64,000 nt of DNA from an uncultured delta proteobacterium (GCA_963771175.1 CAVYSY010000030.1:192001-256000); one strand, 5' to 3'; counted from the stretch's first letter, positions 29,809 through 43,908 are shown. Made by a program: numbers and translations. The notes: generated from the letters alone by a model not told the origin.

Positions 29809-30711
29809 TCAGTAGGCGTAGGTGGCCATGTCGGCACGCACCACGCCGACGATGTTCTCCCAGTTGCCGTTCTGGTAGTGGTCGTAGTTCTCGCCGTCGT
29901 CGCGGAAGTCCACCGTGTGGTAGGTCCACATGGCGCGCTCGCCGTTGCTGGTGCCGCTGGTGCCCGGTGTTGAGGGTGCCGTCGCAGAACCAGTCGCCGG
30001 GGTTGCAGAAGCTGCCGCCCGCGCTGCCGGAGACGCCGCCGGTGGAGTGGTAGGCCACGGCCTCGTCGTCCTGGCCCGGGAGGAGGCCGGAGTAGACCGT
30101 GCCCTTCGGCGCCGGCGAACATGTAGAACCACTTCGAGCGCGTGGTGTTGTGGTTGTACAGGGAGCGCGCCGTGGTGGTGACCAGGTCGCCGACGATGGG
30201 GTCGCTCGCCGCCCACTCGCCCGTGGTCGGCCAGCTCGCTGCCGCCGCCGGCGCCGCGAGGCCACGTCCACCCACTTGATGTTCCAGCCCGTCTGGGTGG
30301 TGCCGTCGGTGTTGCCGCACACGCCGCTGGAGTTGGGGGTGGCGTTCTTCTTGTAGCGCGCCGAGCCACCGTAGAGGCGACAGCGCGTAGCCGATCTGCA
30401 GGTTGCCCGCGCTGTGCACGGCGATGTAGCACCAGTTGTTGCCGGTGCAGTAGCAGTCGAGCGCGTTGCGGATGTAGCCGTTCTGCGCGCCGATGCGCTG
30501 CGAGCCGTTCCAGTTCACGGCCTTCTTGTTCACGCCGGCCGCGGCGGTGCTCGGGACCCCAGTTGGAGAAGTCGGCGTAGTTGCCGATCTGGGTGCCGCC
30601 GCCGTTCTTGCCGTGGATCCACAGCGAGTAGTTGGTGGCCGAGGCCTCTGGGGCGACGAGGAGGGCGGCAGCCGCGGCCGCGAGGGTTGCCATTCGGGTG
30701 AGGGTGTTCAT
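29809..30711 (-). CDS. Secreted putative alpha/beta Ser-hydrolase of unknown family; several frameshifts
   Basis: Signal ending ASA-T; stitched product contains LWIHGK, CYIAVHSAG, ASGAGGGSELAD, FAGAKG, GQDDEAVAYHS and a C-terminal YDHY. Confidence 0.65.
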   Translation of the reverse strand: MNTLTRMATLAAAAAALLVAPEASATNYSLWIHGKNGGGTQIGNYADFSNWGPEHRRGRREQEGRELERLAAHRRAERLHPQRARLLLHRQQLVLHRRAQRGQPADRLRAVASTVARRATRRTPPPTPAACAATPTAPPRRAGTSSGWTWPRGAGGGSELADHGRVGGERPHRRRPGHHHGALPVQPQHHALEVVLHVRRRRRARSTPASSRARTTRPWPTTPPAASPAARAAASATPATGSATAPSTPGTSGTSNGERAMWTYHTVDFRDDGENYDHYQNGNWENIVGVVRADMATYAY

Positions 30712-30844
30712 GGGAACTTCCTGGGGTAGGGGGATGAACGCCCGCTCGGTGAACGAGCGAGCGAGTCATATGCTATCACCAAGACTTTCCATACAGAATG
30801 GACAGCCCTCTAAAACCTGACAGATGTCCATTACCCCCGCCCGC

Positions 30845-32142
30845 TCAGGCGTTGGGGGTGAGCTGACGCCCGAGCGCGCGCCCCAGCTCCGTGCGCGCGG
30901 TGGCCAGGTTGTACGTGGCCTGCACGCGCTGGACGGCCGCGTTGGTGGCGGAGAGCTGGGCATCGGACAGCTCGATGATGTTGCCCACGCCCGCGCGGTA
31001 GCGGCCCTCGGCCAGACGCAGCCGCTCGCGGGCGTTGACCAGCGCCTCCTCCGCGGCGGAGAGGCTCTCTCGCGCGGCCGTGACGGCGAGCTGCGCGCGC
31101 TCCACCTCCAGGCGCACCTGCTGGCGCAATGCGTCACGCTGGGCCTGGACGTTGTTCAGGTTGGCCTGCTGCTCGCGGACCTGGGCGCGGGTGAGCCCGC
31201 CCTGGAAGATTGGCCAGCTCAGCGCCACCTGCCCATTCACACCCCAGTCCAGGTTCGCCGGGTTCGGACCCGACTCCGTCGCCGACAGCGAGGCGGAGAG
31301 GCTCGGCCAGTAGTTGGCGCGCGTGGCGGAGAGCTGCTGCTCCTGGGCTCGCAACTGGTGCTCGCTCGCGGAGAGGTCCGGCCGGCCCTGGAAGGCGACG
31401 TCCACCAGCGTGTCGATGGACTGCTCCTCGCCCTCCATGCGGCCCACCACCTCCTCGCGGACGGTGTATTGGGTGGAGCCCTCCACGCCCATGGCCTGGT
31501 TGAGCTGGGCCCTGCTGGTGGCCGCGTTGTTCTGGGCCTGGATGAGCCGCACCTGGGCGTTGGCCACCTCCGTGCGCTGCTGCAGCAGATCAATCTCCGG
31601 CCGGGTGCCCACCTGCACCTGGGCCTGTACCTGCGCCAGGTGCGTCTTCTGGTTCTCCAGCGTCTCCTGGGCCACTTGCACCAGGGCTTGCTGGGCGAGG
31701 GCGTTGAAGTAGGCGCTCTGGACGTTGGCGAGCACGTTCAGCGACGTCTGGGTCTCGGTGGACCTCTGAGCCTGGGCGGACTGCTGGGCCGAGCGCCACC
31801 GGCCGGTGGTGCGGCCGAAGTCCCAGAGGAGCTGGCTGACCGAGGCGCCCACGTTGAGGCCCTCGCGGCTGATGAAGCCGGAGGGAGTCGTCGTGCCCAG
31901 GCCGCCGTCATTGTCGCTGAGGGAGCGCTGGTACGTGGCGCTGGCGCTCACCTGGGGCAGTAGCGAGGAGAAGTTCTGGTCCACGCGGGCGTTCGCCGCG
32001 GCGGTGTTGGCCTGGGCCTGGCGCAGTTGGGGCTGTCGCTCCGTGGCGGTGCGCAGGGCCTCGTCCAGGGTGAGGACGCGCTGCTGGGCCCACGCAGGGG
32101 TGGCGGCGAGCAGCAGGGCGAGAAGCGGGAAGAGCGTTCGCA

Positions 32143-32143
<1 letters not shown>
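30845..32143 (-). CDS. TolC family outer-membrane efflux protein
   Basis: MRTLFPLL signal; LTLDEAL, LLPQVS, LWDFGR, WPIFQGG, RYRAGVG..IELSDAQ. Confidence 0.93.
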
Positions 32144-34119
<1,976 letters not shown>

Positions 34120-34137
34120 GTCGTGCCCCTCCCCCAC

Positions 34138-35485
34138 CTAGAAGGGCCCCGGAGGACGGAACCCACCACTGGACCTCGCGCCACCCGTGTCCCTGGCCGG
34201 AGCTGGCACCCTGCGGAAGCTTTGCATCCGAGGCCAGGGCGGTGATGACCCGGTCCCCCTCGCGCAGCTCTCCCTCCACCTCCGTGTACGAGCCGTCCGT
34301 GACCCCGGGCTTCACGCGCACGGGCGTGGGCCGCCCCTCGCGCAGGACGAACACCGTCCTGGTGCCGGGCTCGGACTTCCCGGGTGCGCCCACGCCGCCC
34401 ACGCCGGGACCCGCGCTGCCCGTACCCTCGGGAGGCTGGGGCGGGCGGAAGCGCAGCGCCGCGTTGGGCACGGTGAGCACGTTCTCCTTGTGCGCGGAGA
34501 TGAAGGTGACGTTGGCCGTCATGCCCGGCTTGAGCTTCAGCTCCGGGTTCGCCACGTCGATGACGGCGTCGTAGGTGACGACGTTCTGCACCGTCTGGGC
34601 CGCGTTGCGGATCTGCCGGACGACGCCCTCGAAGCTCTCGCCGGGACAGGCATCCACGGTGAAGGTGGCGTGCATGCCGTCCTCCAGCCGGCCCACGTCG
34701 GACTCGGCGACGCTGGTGTTCACCTGCATCTTGCGCAGGTCCTCGGCGATGGTGAACAGGGTGGGCGCCTGCAGCGAGGCCGCCACCGTCTGGCCCACGT
34801 CCACGCTGCGCGAGATGACGATGCCGTCGGTGGGCGAGACGATGGTGGCGTAGCGCAGGTTCACGTTCGCCTCGTTGAGCGCCGCCTGGGTCTGCGCCAG
34901 CGAGGCCTCGGCCGAGGTCACCTGGGTCTGGGCCGCCTGGGCGGTGGCCTCCGCGGTGTCCAGCTCCGCCTGGGAGATGAACTGCTGCGCGCGCAGGGAC
35001 CCGGAGCGCTCGGCCTGACGGCGGGCGTTGTCCGCCTCCACCCGCGCCCGCTGCACGTTGGCCTTCGCGGCCATCAGGTTGGCTCGGGCCCGCTCCAGCG
35101 CGGCCTGGAGGAGCTGCGGGTCGATGCGGGCAATCACCTGGCCCTTCTTCACCGGCGAGTTGTAGTCGACGAGGATCTCCTGGATGCGGCCGGACACCTG
35201 GCTGCCCACCTGCACCGTCACCAGCGCGGACACCGTCCCCGTCGCCGTCACGCGCGACTCGACGTCGCGCCGCTGCACCGCCGTCGTCTCGAAGCTGGCC
35301 GCCGAATCCTTCGTCTTGGGTCGGGCCAGCCACACGCCCGCGAGCACCACCGCGGCGAGGAGCAGCAACCCCAGCGGCCATCGCCTCGGCAGGTGCCAGC
35401 GCCGGGTTGGCGCCTCCGGCACGGGCGTGGGTCTGGTGGGGACGGATGGCTCCTCGCGTCGCGGCGACTCGGTCGTTGACCTCAT
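34138..35485 (-). CDS. MacA-like efflux periplasmic adaptor subunit; frameshift near 34190
   Basis: VQVGSQVSGRI, SPTDGIVI, GQTVAASLQAPTLF, KLKPGMTA; C-terminus ...GGFRPPGPF-stop lies in the shifted frame. Confidence 0.9.
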
Positions 35486-35531
35486 GGGTCAGGATCTATG
35501 CGCCGGGATGTTTCGGTGAATCTCGCGACTG

Positions 35532-36947
35532 TTACGAAAGATGACGGGCCAGGTCGCCCTGCTCGGCCGTCCGCCCGGCATCCGGGGCGGCGGGCAGGGT
35601 GATGCGGGCCGTCGTCCCCACGCCGGGCTGGCTCTCCAGGGTGAGCGAGCCCCCGTGGGCCATGACGATGCGGCGCGCGAGGGCGAGCCCCAGCCCGACG
35701 CCTCCCGTCTTCCGCGCCCGGCTGCGATCACTGCGGAAGAAGGGGGTGAAGATGCGGGGCATGTCGCTCGCGTCGATGCCCATGCCCTCGTCGGCCACCT
35801 CCACCTGGAGCCCCTCGGCGGTGGAGTGGGCGAGCAGTCGCACGGTGGTGCCCGGCTCGGAGTACTTGCCCGCGTTGTCGAGCAGGTTGTCGATGGCGCG
35901 CCGCAGCAGCACCGGGTCCGCCTCCAGCATGGGCAGTGGCCCGTCCACCTTCACCTCCAGCCGGTGCGTCTGACGGGCGGAGCGGAAGCGCGCGGCGGCC
36001 TTGTCCACCAGGAACTGGGCCTCCACGAGCTCCAGGCGCAGCGGCGGCGTGGCGCCGGGGGTCTGGCCCGTGGTGAGGTCCAGCCGGGCCGCGGTGAGCA
36101 CGTCCGACACCAGCCGCTCCAGCTCGTTGAGATCCTCGGCGATGTCCGCCAGGGATTCGCGCGCCAACGTGGCATCTCCCTCGTTGGCGAGGTCCAGGGC
36201 CACGCGGATGCGGGACAGAGGGGTGCGCAGCTCGTGCGAGACGTTGGCGAGCAGCTCCCTCTGCGAGCTCAGCAGGAGGGTGAGTCGCTCGGCCATCTCG
36301 TCGAAGGCCTCGGCCACCTGTCCCAGCTCGTCGCGCCGGCGCACGCCCGTGCGCACGCTCAGCGTGCCCGCGCCGAAGGCCCGCGCCGCCGCGGCCAGCC
36401 GTTGGAGGGGCACGGCGAGGGAGCGGGCGAAGACGATGGACGTGATGGCCGTGCACCCGAGGACCGCGGCGATCATGAGCCCCAGGTCTGGGGGAAGCCC
36501 GGGGGGAGGGGGGTGCTCCAGCGTGGCGTAGGCCTCCAGCGGGCCCGTCTCCGGGATGGCCACCACCATGACGTGAGGCGGCTCGGGCCTGTCCAGTTCG
36601 CGCTGCTGCGCGAGTCGTTGGAGCTCCTCGGCGGAGAGTGGGGGGCGGGGCGGGGAGATATTGGAGGCGAGAAGCCGGCCATCGGCGGCGCGCATCGTCA
36701 CCCGCAGCCGGAGCTGTTGGCCCGCCCGGTCCAACGCCCCTTGCAGCTCCTCCGGCTGGTCCCGGAACCGGGCCCACTCGGAGACGGCGTAGACCGCGTT
36801 CCGCTCGAAGAAGTGCCGTCGGGGCCCCTCCATGGCGTACCTGCGGGCCACGTTGAAGGCGAGGGCGATGAGCAGGAGCTGCGCGAGGCCCACCAGGTAG
36901 ATGCGCAGCAGCAGGCTGCCGGGGATGCGTGGGCGCCGGAAGCTCAT
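35532..36947 (-). CDS. HAMP-domain sensor histidine kinase
   Basis: Two TM segments, HAMP (PLQRL...DELGQVAEAFDEM), VSHELRTPL, NLLDNAGKY, DEGMGI, GVGLGL. Confidence 0.95.
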   Translation of the reverse strand: MSFRRPRIPGSLLLRIYLVGLAQLLLIALAFNVARRYAMEGPRRHFFERNAVYAVSEWARFRDQPEELQGALDRAGQQLRLRVTMRAADGRLLASNISPPRPPLSAEELQRLAQQRELDRPEPPHVMVVAIPETGPLEAYATLEHPPPPGLPPDLGLMIAAVLGCTAITSIVFARSLAVPLQRLAAAARAFGAGTLSVRTGVRRRDELGQVAEAFDEMAERLTLLLSSQRELLANVSHELRTPLSRIRVALDLANEGDATLARESLADIAEDLNELERLVSDVLTAARLDLTTGQTPGATPPLRLELVEAQFLVDKAAARFRSARQTHRLEVKVDGPLPMLEADPVLLRRAIDNLLDNAGKYSEPGTTVRLLAHSTAEGLQVEVADEGMGIDASDMPRIFTPFFRSDRSRARKTGGVGLGLALARRIVMAHGGSLTLESQPGVGTTARITLPAAPDAGRTAEQGDLARHLS

Positions 36948-37672
36948 GCCTCATCTCCGGTGGCGAGCAGGTAGCCCGCGCCGCGCACCGTCTTGAGCAG
37001 CTTGGGGTTGCGGGGGTCCTCTTCAATCTTCTGGCGGATGCGGAAGATGTGGACGTCGACGGAGCGGTCGAACACCTCCTCCGCGTTCCCCTTCACCAGG
37101 TCCAGGAGCTGCTCGCGGCTCAGCACGCGTCCGGCGCGCTCGGCGAGGACGCGCAGCAGGCCGAACTCGTACGTGGTCAGCGGCAGGGCCTTGCCGTCGA
37201 GCGTGGCGCGGAGGCTGCGGGGATCGAACGACAGCTTGCCGGCCTGGATGGGCTGGGAGGAGGGCCCGGCCCGACCTCGGGAGCGCCGCACGTGGGCCCG
37301 GATGCGAGCGAGCAGCTCGCGCGAGGAGTAGGGCTTGGCGAGGTAGTCGTCCGCGCCTGTCTCCAGGCCGAGCACCCGATCGGCCTCCTCGCCGCGGGCC
37401 GTGACCATGATGATGGGGACGTCGCTGCGCGTGCGCAGCTCGCGGCACACCTCCATCCCATCGCGACCGGGGAGCATCAGGTCCAGCAGGATGACGTCAT
37501 AGGCATGGCGGCTCGCCTCGCCCAGCCCCTCGGGGCCGGTGTGGGCGGTGGTGACGAGGATGCCGTGCTCCTGGAGGTAGCGGGAGGTGAGGCGGGCCAG
37601 CCGCTCGTCGTCCTCGACCAGCAGCACCTGGATGGTGCCTTCGTCCGTGGTGGGGTGTGTCGTCTGCTCCAT
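36944..37672 (-). CDS. OmpR-family response regulator
   Basis: LLVEDD, LLDLMLPG, GADDYLAKP, VLSREQLL, RSVDVHI, TVRGAGY; ATGA overlap with the kinase. Confidence 0.96.
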   Translation of the reverse strand: MEQTTHPTTDEGTIQVLLVEDDERLARLTSRYLQEHGILVTTAHTGPEGLGEASRHAYDVILLDLMLPGRDGMEVCRELRTRSDVPIIMVTARGEEADRVLGLETGADDYLAKPYSSRELLARIRAHVRRSRGRAGPSSQPIQAGKLSFDPRSLRATLDGKALPLTTYEFGLLRVLAERAGRVLSREQLLDLVKGNAEEVFDRSVDVHIFRIRQKIEEDPRNPKLLKTVRGAGYLLATGDEA

Positions 37673-37871
37673 GGCCAGGTCTCCTCCCTCCGTGCCCTCC
37701 GCCACTCGGGTAACACCGCTGAAGATACGACCCGGGGGCAAGAGAGGGGGTTCCATGTCCCGCTGCTTGAGGCGTGGGCAGTCAGGCGCATGCCCCCGGG
37801 TCGCAGGGTAGAAGATGACAACCCCATATGTCTGGCGGGCTTCGGCTGTATGAAGAAGTATTTCCGCGCAC

Positions 37872-40362
37872 ATGCCCCTCTCCCAACAGGCCAGGGCCCG
37901 CCTCGCGGTGGTGGCCGCCATCTTCGCCCTCCCGCTGCTCTACTTCCACCGGGCGACCTTCTCCGGCGAGATCTTCATCTCGCGCGACACCCTCCTGGTC
38001 TACTACCCGCTCAAGCAGTACTGGGCCGCGCGGGTGTCCCAGCTCCAGCTCCCGGACTGGTACCCGTATGACGGGCTGGGGCAGCCCTTCGCGGGCATGC
38101 TCGTCTCCGGGGCGTTCCACCCCACCAACCTGCTCTACCTGCTGCTGTCGCTCGGGACGGCGTTCAAGGTCATCACGCTGCTGGCCTATGTGGCCGCGTT
38201 GGGAGGCGTGTACCTCTTCGGTCGGCTGTGGGGGATGGGGCGTGGGGCCGCGCTGCTGGCGGGGCTCACCTACGCGCTGGGCGGCTACATGGTGGGCATC
38301 AGCAACAACCAGTCCTACCTCCTGGCGGCCGCCACGTTCCCCTGGGCCCTTTGGGGCGCGGAGCACTTTCTCCGTCAGCCCTCCGCGCGGTGGGCCTCGG
38401 CCGCCGTCATCCCGCTCGTGCTCGTGCTCTTCAGCGGAGACCCCCAGAGCTTCGCGATGTGCAACGTCATGCTGCTGGTGCTCGTGCTGCTGCGTCCGGC
38501 GCGCTCCAGCATGGTGCGGGTGGCGCCACGGGCCGTGCTGCTCATCGCCATTGGCGCGCTGCTGTCCGCGGTGCTGAGCATTCCCGTCCTCTCCGTCCTG
38601 AAGAACGGCTACCCCAGTGCTCCGACCTTCGAGTGGGCCACGCGCTACTCGTTCCACTCCCTGCGACTGCTCGAGCTCTGTCTCGGGGCGCTCTTCATCG
38701 AGCCGGCCTCCGGAGTGGTGGCCTCGGCCAGGATGGCCGACGAGCTGTTCCAGTCAGGCTTTGGCGGCTTCTGGGTGTCCTCGGCGTACATGGGACTCCC
38801 GGCCGTCCTGCTCCTGGGGGCGCTCTCTGGACGTACCGGCGCGAGCCGTTGACCTGGAAGGTGACCGGGCTCGCGCTCTTCCTCCTGGCCCTGACGCTGG
38901 CGCACCAGTTGCCGTTGTACGGGTGGCTCTATAAGTGGCTCCCCCTCTGGAGCTCCTTCCGCTACCCGGAGAAGCTGCTGCCCTACTTCCTGTTCCCGTG
39001 TGCCCTGGGGGCTGGCGCGGGGCTGGAGGCCCTCCAGCGCGATTCCACCCTGGCGCGGCGCTTGGCCCGAGCGGGTTTCGTGCTCGCGCTGCTCTGCGGG
39101 CTGCTCGCGCTGGGGGAGTGGCAACTGCGGTGGTTCTCGGATGGCCTGATTGGCGCCCTCTGGGAGAAGCCCGACGGCCTTCGTCCTGGACGTGCTTCAC
39201 GACAACTTCCTGCGGGCGACCGTGGTGGCGGTGCTCGTGCTCCTCCTGCTGGGCGTGGTGCTGCTGCGCCTGCACAGGCCCGAGCTGCGCACGGTGGCCA
39301 TCGTCGTGCTCCAGGTGGGCGTCCTCTACCTGGCCAACGAGGGCACGTACCACGTGTCGTACCCGGACGTGCTGGAGCAACCCACCCTCTTCGTGGAGCA
39401 CATCCTCCAGAGTGATGCGGACACCGGGGCCGGCCGACCGCGCGTCTACGGGGAGGTGCGGAATCTCGCGCCCCGTCAGGTGCCCGAGGGGCTCCATCCC
39501 ATGGACATCATGGCCTTCAACTTCGCCGCCGCGCTCGAGCCGTCCACGCCCGCGCTGTGGCACCTGGAGAGCGCCAAGCCCTACCTGCCCGCCGTCTCCC
39601 GGCGGTTCAAGGGCCTGCTCGAATCACTCGGGTCGCTCAACGTCTTCATCGGCCGCCTCTCCGGCCTGTTCCACGTGCGCTACTTCGCCCTGGATGCGCC
39701 GGTCTACGCGCAGCTCTCCGGCAGCCGGGACGTCGTCGCCGCCGAGGATCCCCGCATCGAGGCGGTGTTGATTCGCAACCCCCACACGCTCCCCCGCGCC
39801 TACCTGGCCACGGCCCGCTGCGTGCCGGACGAGGCCGCCGCGCGTGCCCTCATCCTCTCGCGCTCCTTCCGCCCCGGCCGTGACGTCGCCCTGGAGTGTC
39901 CTCCCGACGCGCCACGGGACGCGCCTCCTGCTAGCGGCGAGCTCGGGCAGGTGCGCTTCGTCCAGTACGCGCCGGAGCATGTGGAGCTCGACGTGGAGGC
40001 GCGCGCGCCAGCGGTGCTGGTGCTCAGCGATGCGTATTACGACGGGTGGAGCGCGAGCGTGGACGGGCAGCCCGTCCCCATCCTTCCGGCCAATGTCGCG
40101 GTGCGCGGGGTGCGAGTCCCGGCCGGCAACCACCGCGTCACCTTCACCTACCGCACGCCGGGCCAGGGGCTCGGGGCGTCTCATCCCGCTCGGTACCCTG
40201 GGCCTGCTCGGGCTCGCGGTGCTCGTGGAGCGCTGGAAGCGGGCCTCCAGGGGCCCGAAAACCGCTGGGAATTCAGCAGTTCTCCCCACCATGTCCGGGG
40301 ACCAACGAGATTTGAACTCACGGCAATGTTCCCCCCTACCTGAGCGAACGCACCTGGGTTAG
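37872..40362 (+). CDS. YfhO family membrane (GT-C) glycosyltransferase-like protein; frameshifts near 38820, 39178 and 40178
   Basis: D....YYP, LPDWYPY.GLGQPF, YALGGY, FRYPEK, LPRAY, LVLSDAYYDGWSA.VDG, V.VPAG.HRV.F.Y. Confidence 0.85.
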
Positions 40363-40578
40363 GGTGCACCCCCGTGTCAGCTCCGACACCGTTGGTGTCG
40401 CAAGGGACCCCGCCCCCGAGGGGTCGCCACACGAGGGAAGACGCATGGTTAATGCACTCCATCAGCCCCCGACCGCTCAGCAGTCGCTCAACTCCGTCTC
40501 GGCCCTGGCCGCGCCCGTCCTGGCCACCCTCTGGGTGAGCGGATGCCCTTCGAGGACGAGGGGACCCGGAGCCATCCG

Positions 40579-41487
40579 ATGCTGAACCAGTCGGAGCTCT
40601 ACGCGCGCATCTGCGTGAGGGATCCGTACTTCGCGCTGCGTGAGGTGGCGGAGATGGGGCCGGGCGAGGTGGTGGCGCGGGTGCCGGTGGAGCAGGACCC
40701 GGGGGCGGAGGCCTCGCCCATCAACGCCGCGGAAGTGGGGCGGCACCTGGCCATTCTCGGCTCATGCGCGGCGTCGCTGGTGAACCCCAAGGAGGGGCAG
40801 CACTACTACCTGGCCCGGCGCGCGCGGCTGGAGCGGCTGCACGACGGCCCCCTGGAGCGCTTCGACGAGGACCTGTGGGGCCAGGCGCAGGCGCGCTTCA
40901 CGGACAAGCGCAGCGCGCAGGCGCACACGGTGCTGGCGAGCCCCGACGGCCTGCCGTTGTTCTCGCTGGAGGTGGACTACAACGTGCTGTCCGCGGCGGC
41001 CTTCCTGCGCCTCTTCCAGGGCGCCCGTCTGGAGATGCGCCGCGAGCCCCGGGCCGAGCGTGCACCGCGGGGCGCCACGCCCGCCGACTTCGCCGCCATG
41101 CGACAGAACCCCCACTGCCGGCCGCTGCCGCTGCGGGACTACGTGCGCGACGGCGAGTGCCTCAAGGCCCAGTTGGGGCCGGTGACCGCCGACCACTGCA
41201 AGGGCCACTTCGCCATGCACCCGGTGCTGCCGGTGGCGGTGGTGATGAGCGGGCTGTCCGGGCTGGCCGGCACGCTGCTGTGCCAGTTGCTGGGCAACGA
41301 GCGGGCGCGCTACCTGGTGACGCGCGGCGAGGTGCGCGCCGACAGCCTCGCCTTCGCCGGGGAGACGGTGACGTTCGGCTCCCACCTCCACGGCGTGGAG
41401 GGCTCGGATTACCGCTTCTACTGCTGGGCCGCGGTGGGCGAGCGCCTCATCGGCGTGATGGACCTGACGCTCACGTCCCTGGGGTGA
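40579..41487 (+). CDS. Hypothetical double hotdog-fold protein (C-terminal FabA/FabZ-like motif); true start may be 40446 via a frameshift
   Basis: C-terminal CKGHFAMHPVLPVAVVM; N-terminal PINAAEVGRHLAILG helix followed by beta strands. Confidence 0.6.
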   Translation: MLNQSELYARICVRDPYFALREVAEMGPGEVVARVPVEQDPGAEASPINAAEVGRHLAILGSCAASLVNPKEGQHYYLARRARLERLHDGPLERFDEDLWGQAQARFTDKRSAQAHTVLASPDGLPLFSLEVDYNVLSAAAFLRLFQGARLEMRREPRAERAPRGATPADFAAMRQNPHCRPLPLRDYVRDGECLKAQLGPVTADHCKGHFAMHPVLPVAVVMSGLSGLAGTLLCQLLGNERARYLVTRGEVRADSLAFAGETVTFGSHLHGVEGSDYRFYCWAAVGERLIGVMDLTLTSLG

Positions 41488-41490
41488 GCC

Positions 41491-42072
41491 TCACTCCCAG
41501 GAAATCTCGTAGTCCACCGAGTCGATGCTGAGCGCGTGGGCCGTCACGGTGCCCTTGAAGCCCAGTGACTCCAGGGCACCCTCGAAGATGCCCACGTGGT
41601 AGGCGGGCGGCTGCATGTCGCCCCGGTATTCGATGACGCACGCATTGGGGCCGGCGGGGCGATGCTCCCGCGTGCCGTAGGTCACCACGGTGCTGAAGGC
41701 CACGCGCGTCTGGGCGAAGAGCCGCTGCGGGTCTCCCTTGCCGAGGATGCCGAAGACGACCTGCCCCGGACCCTTGGAGAAGCGCCCCACGCAGGCCCTG
41801 CCGCAGGCGTTGAACACCACGTCCGGAGGGCCCAGCTTCTCCTCCAGCACGTCCGCCGCGCTGTAGAGCAGGGTGAGGTAGTCCGCGGCCGGGTAGGTGC
41901 GCAGCTCGCTGATGTCCTTGCCCAACGCGCCGGTGCGCACCTGGCGCAGCGCCCCCACTCCTCCCTTCTGCTCGATGAGATTGAACACCACCGTGAAGAA
42001 GAGGCCTCGGACGGCATCGCCCGGTTTGGTGACGGCGATGCGCGCGGCGAGTTCGGTCTTGTTGGAGGGCAT
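41491..42072 (-). CDS. DUF2378 / TIGR02265 myxobacterial family protein
   Basis: L.ARI....P.D.VRGLFF, YP...YL, YGTR, P.YH.G.FEG.L, YEISW. Confidence 0.88.
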   Translation of the reverse strand: MPSNKTELAARIAVTKPGDAVRGLFFTVVFNLIEQKGGVGALRQVRTGALGKDISELRTYPAADYLTLLYSAADVLEEKLGPPDVVFNACGRACVGRFSKGPGQVVFGILGKGDPQRLFAQTRVAFSTVVTYGTREHRPAGPNACVIEYRGDMQPPAYHVGIFEGALESLGFKGTVTAHALSIDSVDYEISWE

Positions 42073-42283
42073 GGGTCGGGTCCTACCCTGGGAGGAACGT
42101 CGGAAGGGCTGGGAGCTTAACGCCCACGGGCCGCCGGTCGAGAATTTGGGCCTCCGGGTAGGAGACGCGCTCCCAACCTTCCCGGCAGCCTTCGCTTGAC
42201 TCCCCGTTCCCTGGCACGGAAAAGCCCGGGGCGAGGCGCCGGCCCGCCTCCTCCTCTCCCCCGGGCCGCCTGGAGTCCGACGC

Positions 42284-43259
<976 letters not shown>

Positions 43260-43263
<4 letters not shown>

Positions 43264-43908
43264 AGCTCTACAGCTATTGGCGTTCGTCGTGCTTCGTGGC
43301 GCGTGCGCATCGCGCTCAACCTCAAGGGGCTCTCCTACGAGTACGTGCCGGTGCACCTGGTGAAGGACGGGGGCGAGCAGCACAGCGAGGCCTACCGCGC
43401 CATCAGCCCCATGCGCACCGTGCCCACGCTGGAGCTCACCGAGGGCGGTCAGGTGCGCCGCCTGTCCCAGTCGCTGGCCATCCTCGAGTACCTGGAGGAG
43501 CGCCACCCCTCGCCCGCCTTGCTGCCGGCCGACCCGTATCTCCGGGCCCGCTGCCGGATGTTGGCCGAGATGGTGAACTCGGGGATTCAGCCCCTGCAGA
43601 ACCTGGCCGTGCTGCAGCGCATCAAGGGGGAGCTGAAGGGCGACGACAAGGCGTGGTGCGCCTATTGGATTGACCGGGGTCTGGCGGCCTTCCAGACGGC
43701 CGTCCAGGAGACGGCGGGGACGTACTGCATGGGCAGCGAGGTGTCGTTCGCCGACATCTGCCTGGTGCCCCAACTCTACGGCGCCCGGCGTTTCGGGGTG
43801 GACCTCGCGCCGTATGAGCTGCTCACCCGCATCGAGGCGGCCTGCGCCAGCCTTCCCGCCTTCCAGGCGGCCCATGCGGACCGGCAGCCCGACGCGCAGC
43901 CGGCCTGA
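43260..43908 (+). CDS. maiA: Maleylacetoacetate isomerase (GST zeta); frameshift near 43293
   Basis: LYSYWRSS..WRVRIALNLKGL, QSLAILEYLEE, SGIQPLQN, ADICLVPQLY.ARRF, AH.DRQPD; GTGA overlap with the FAH gene. Confidence 0.92.
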
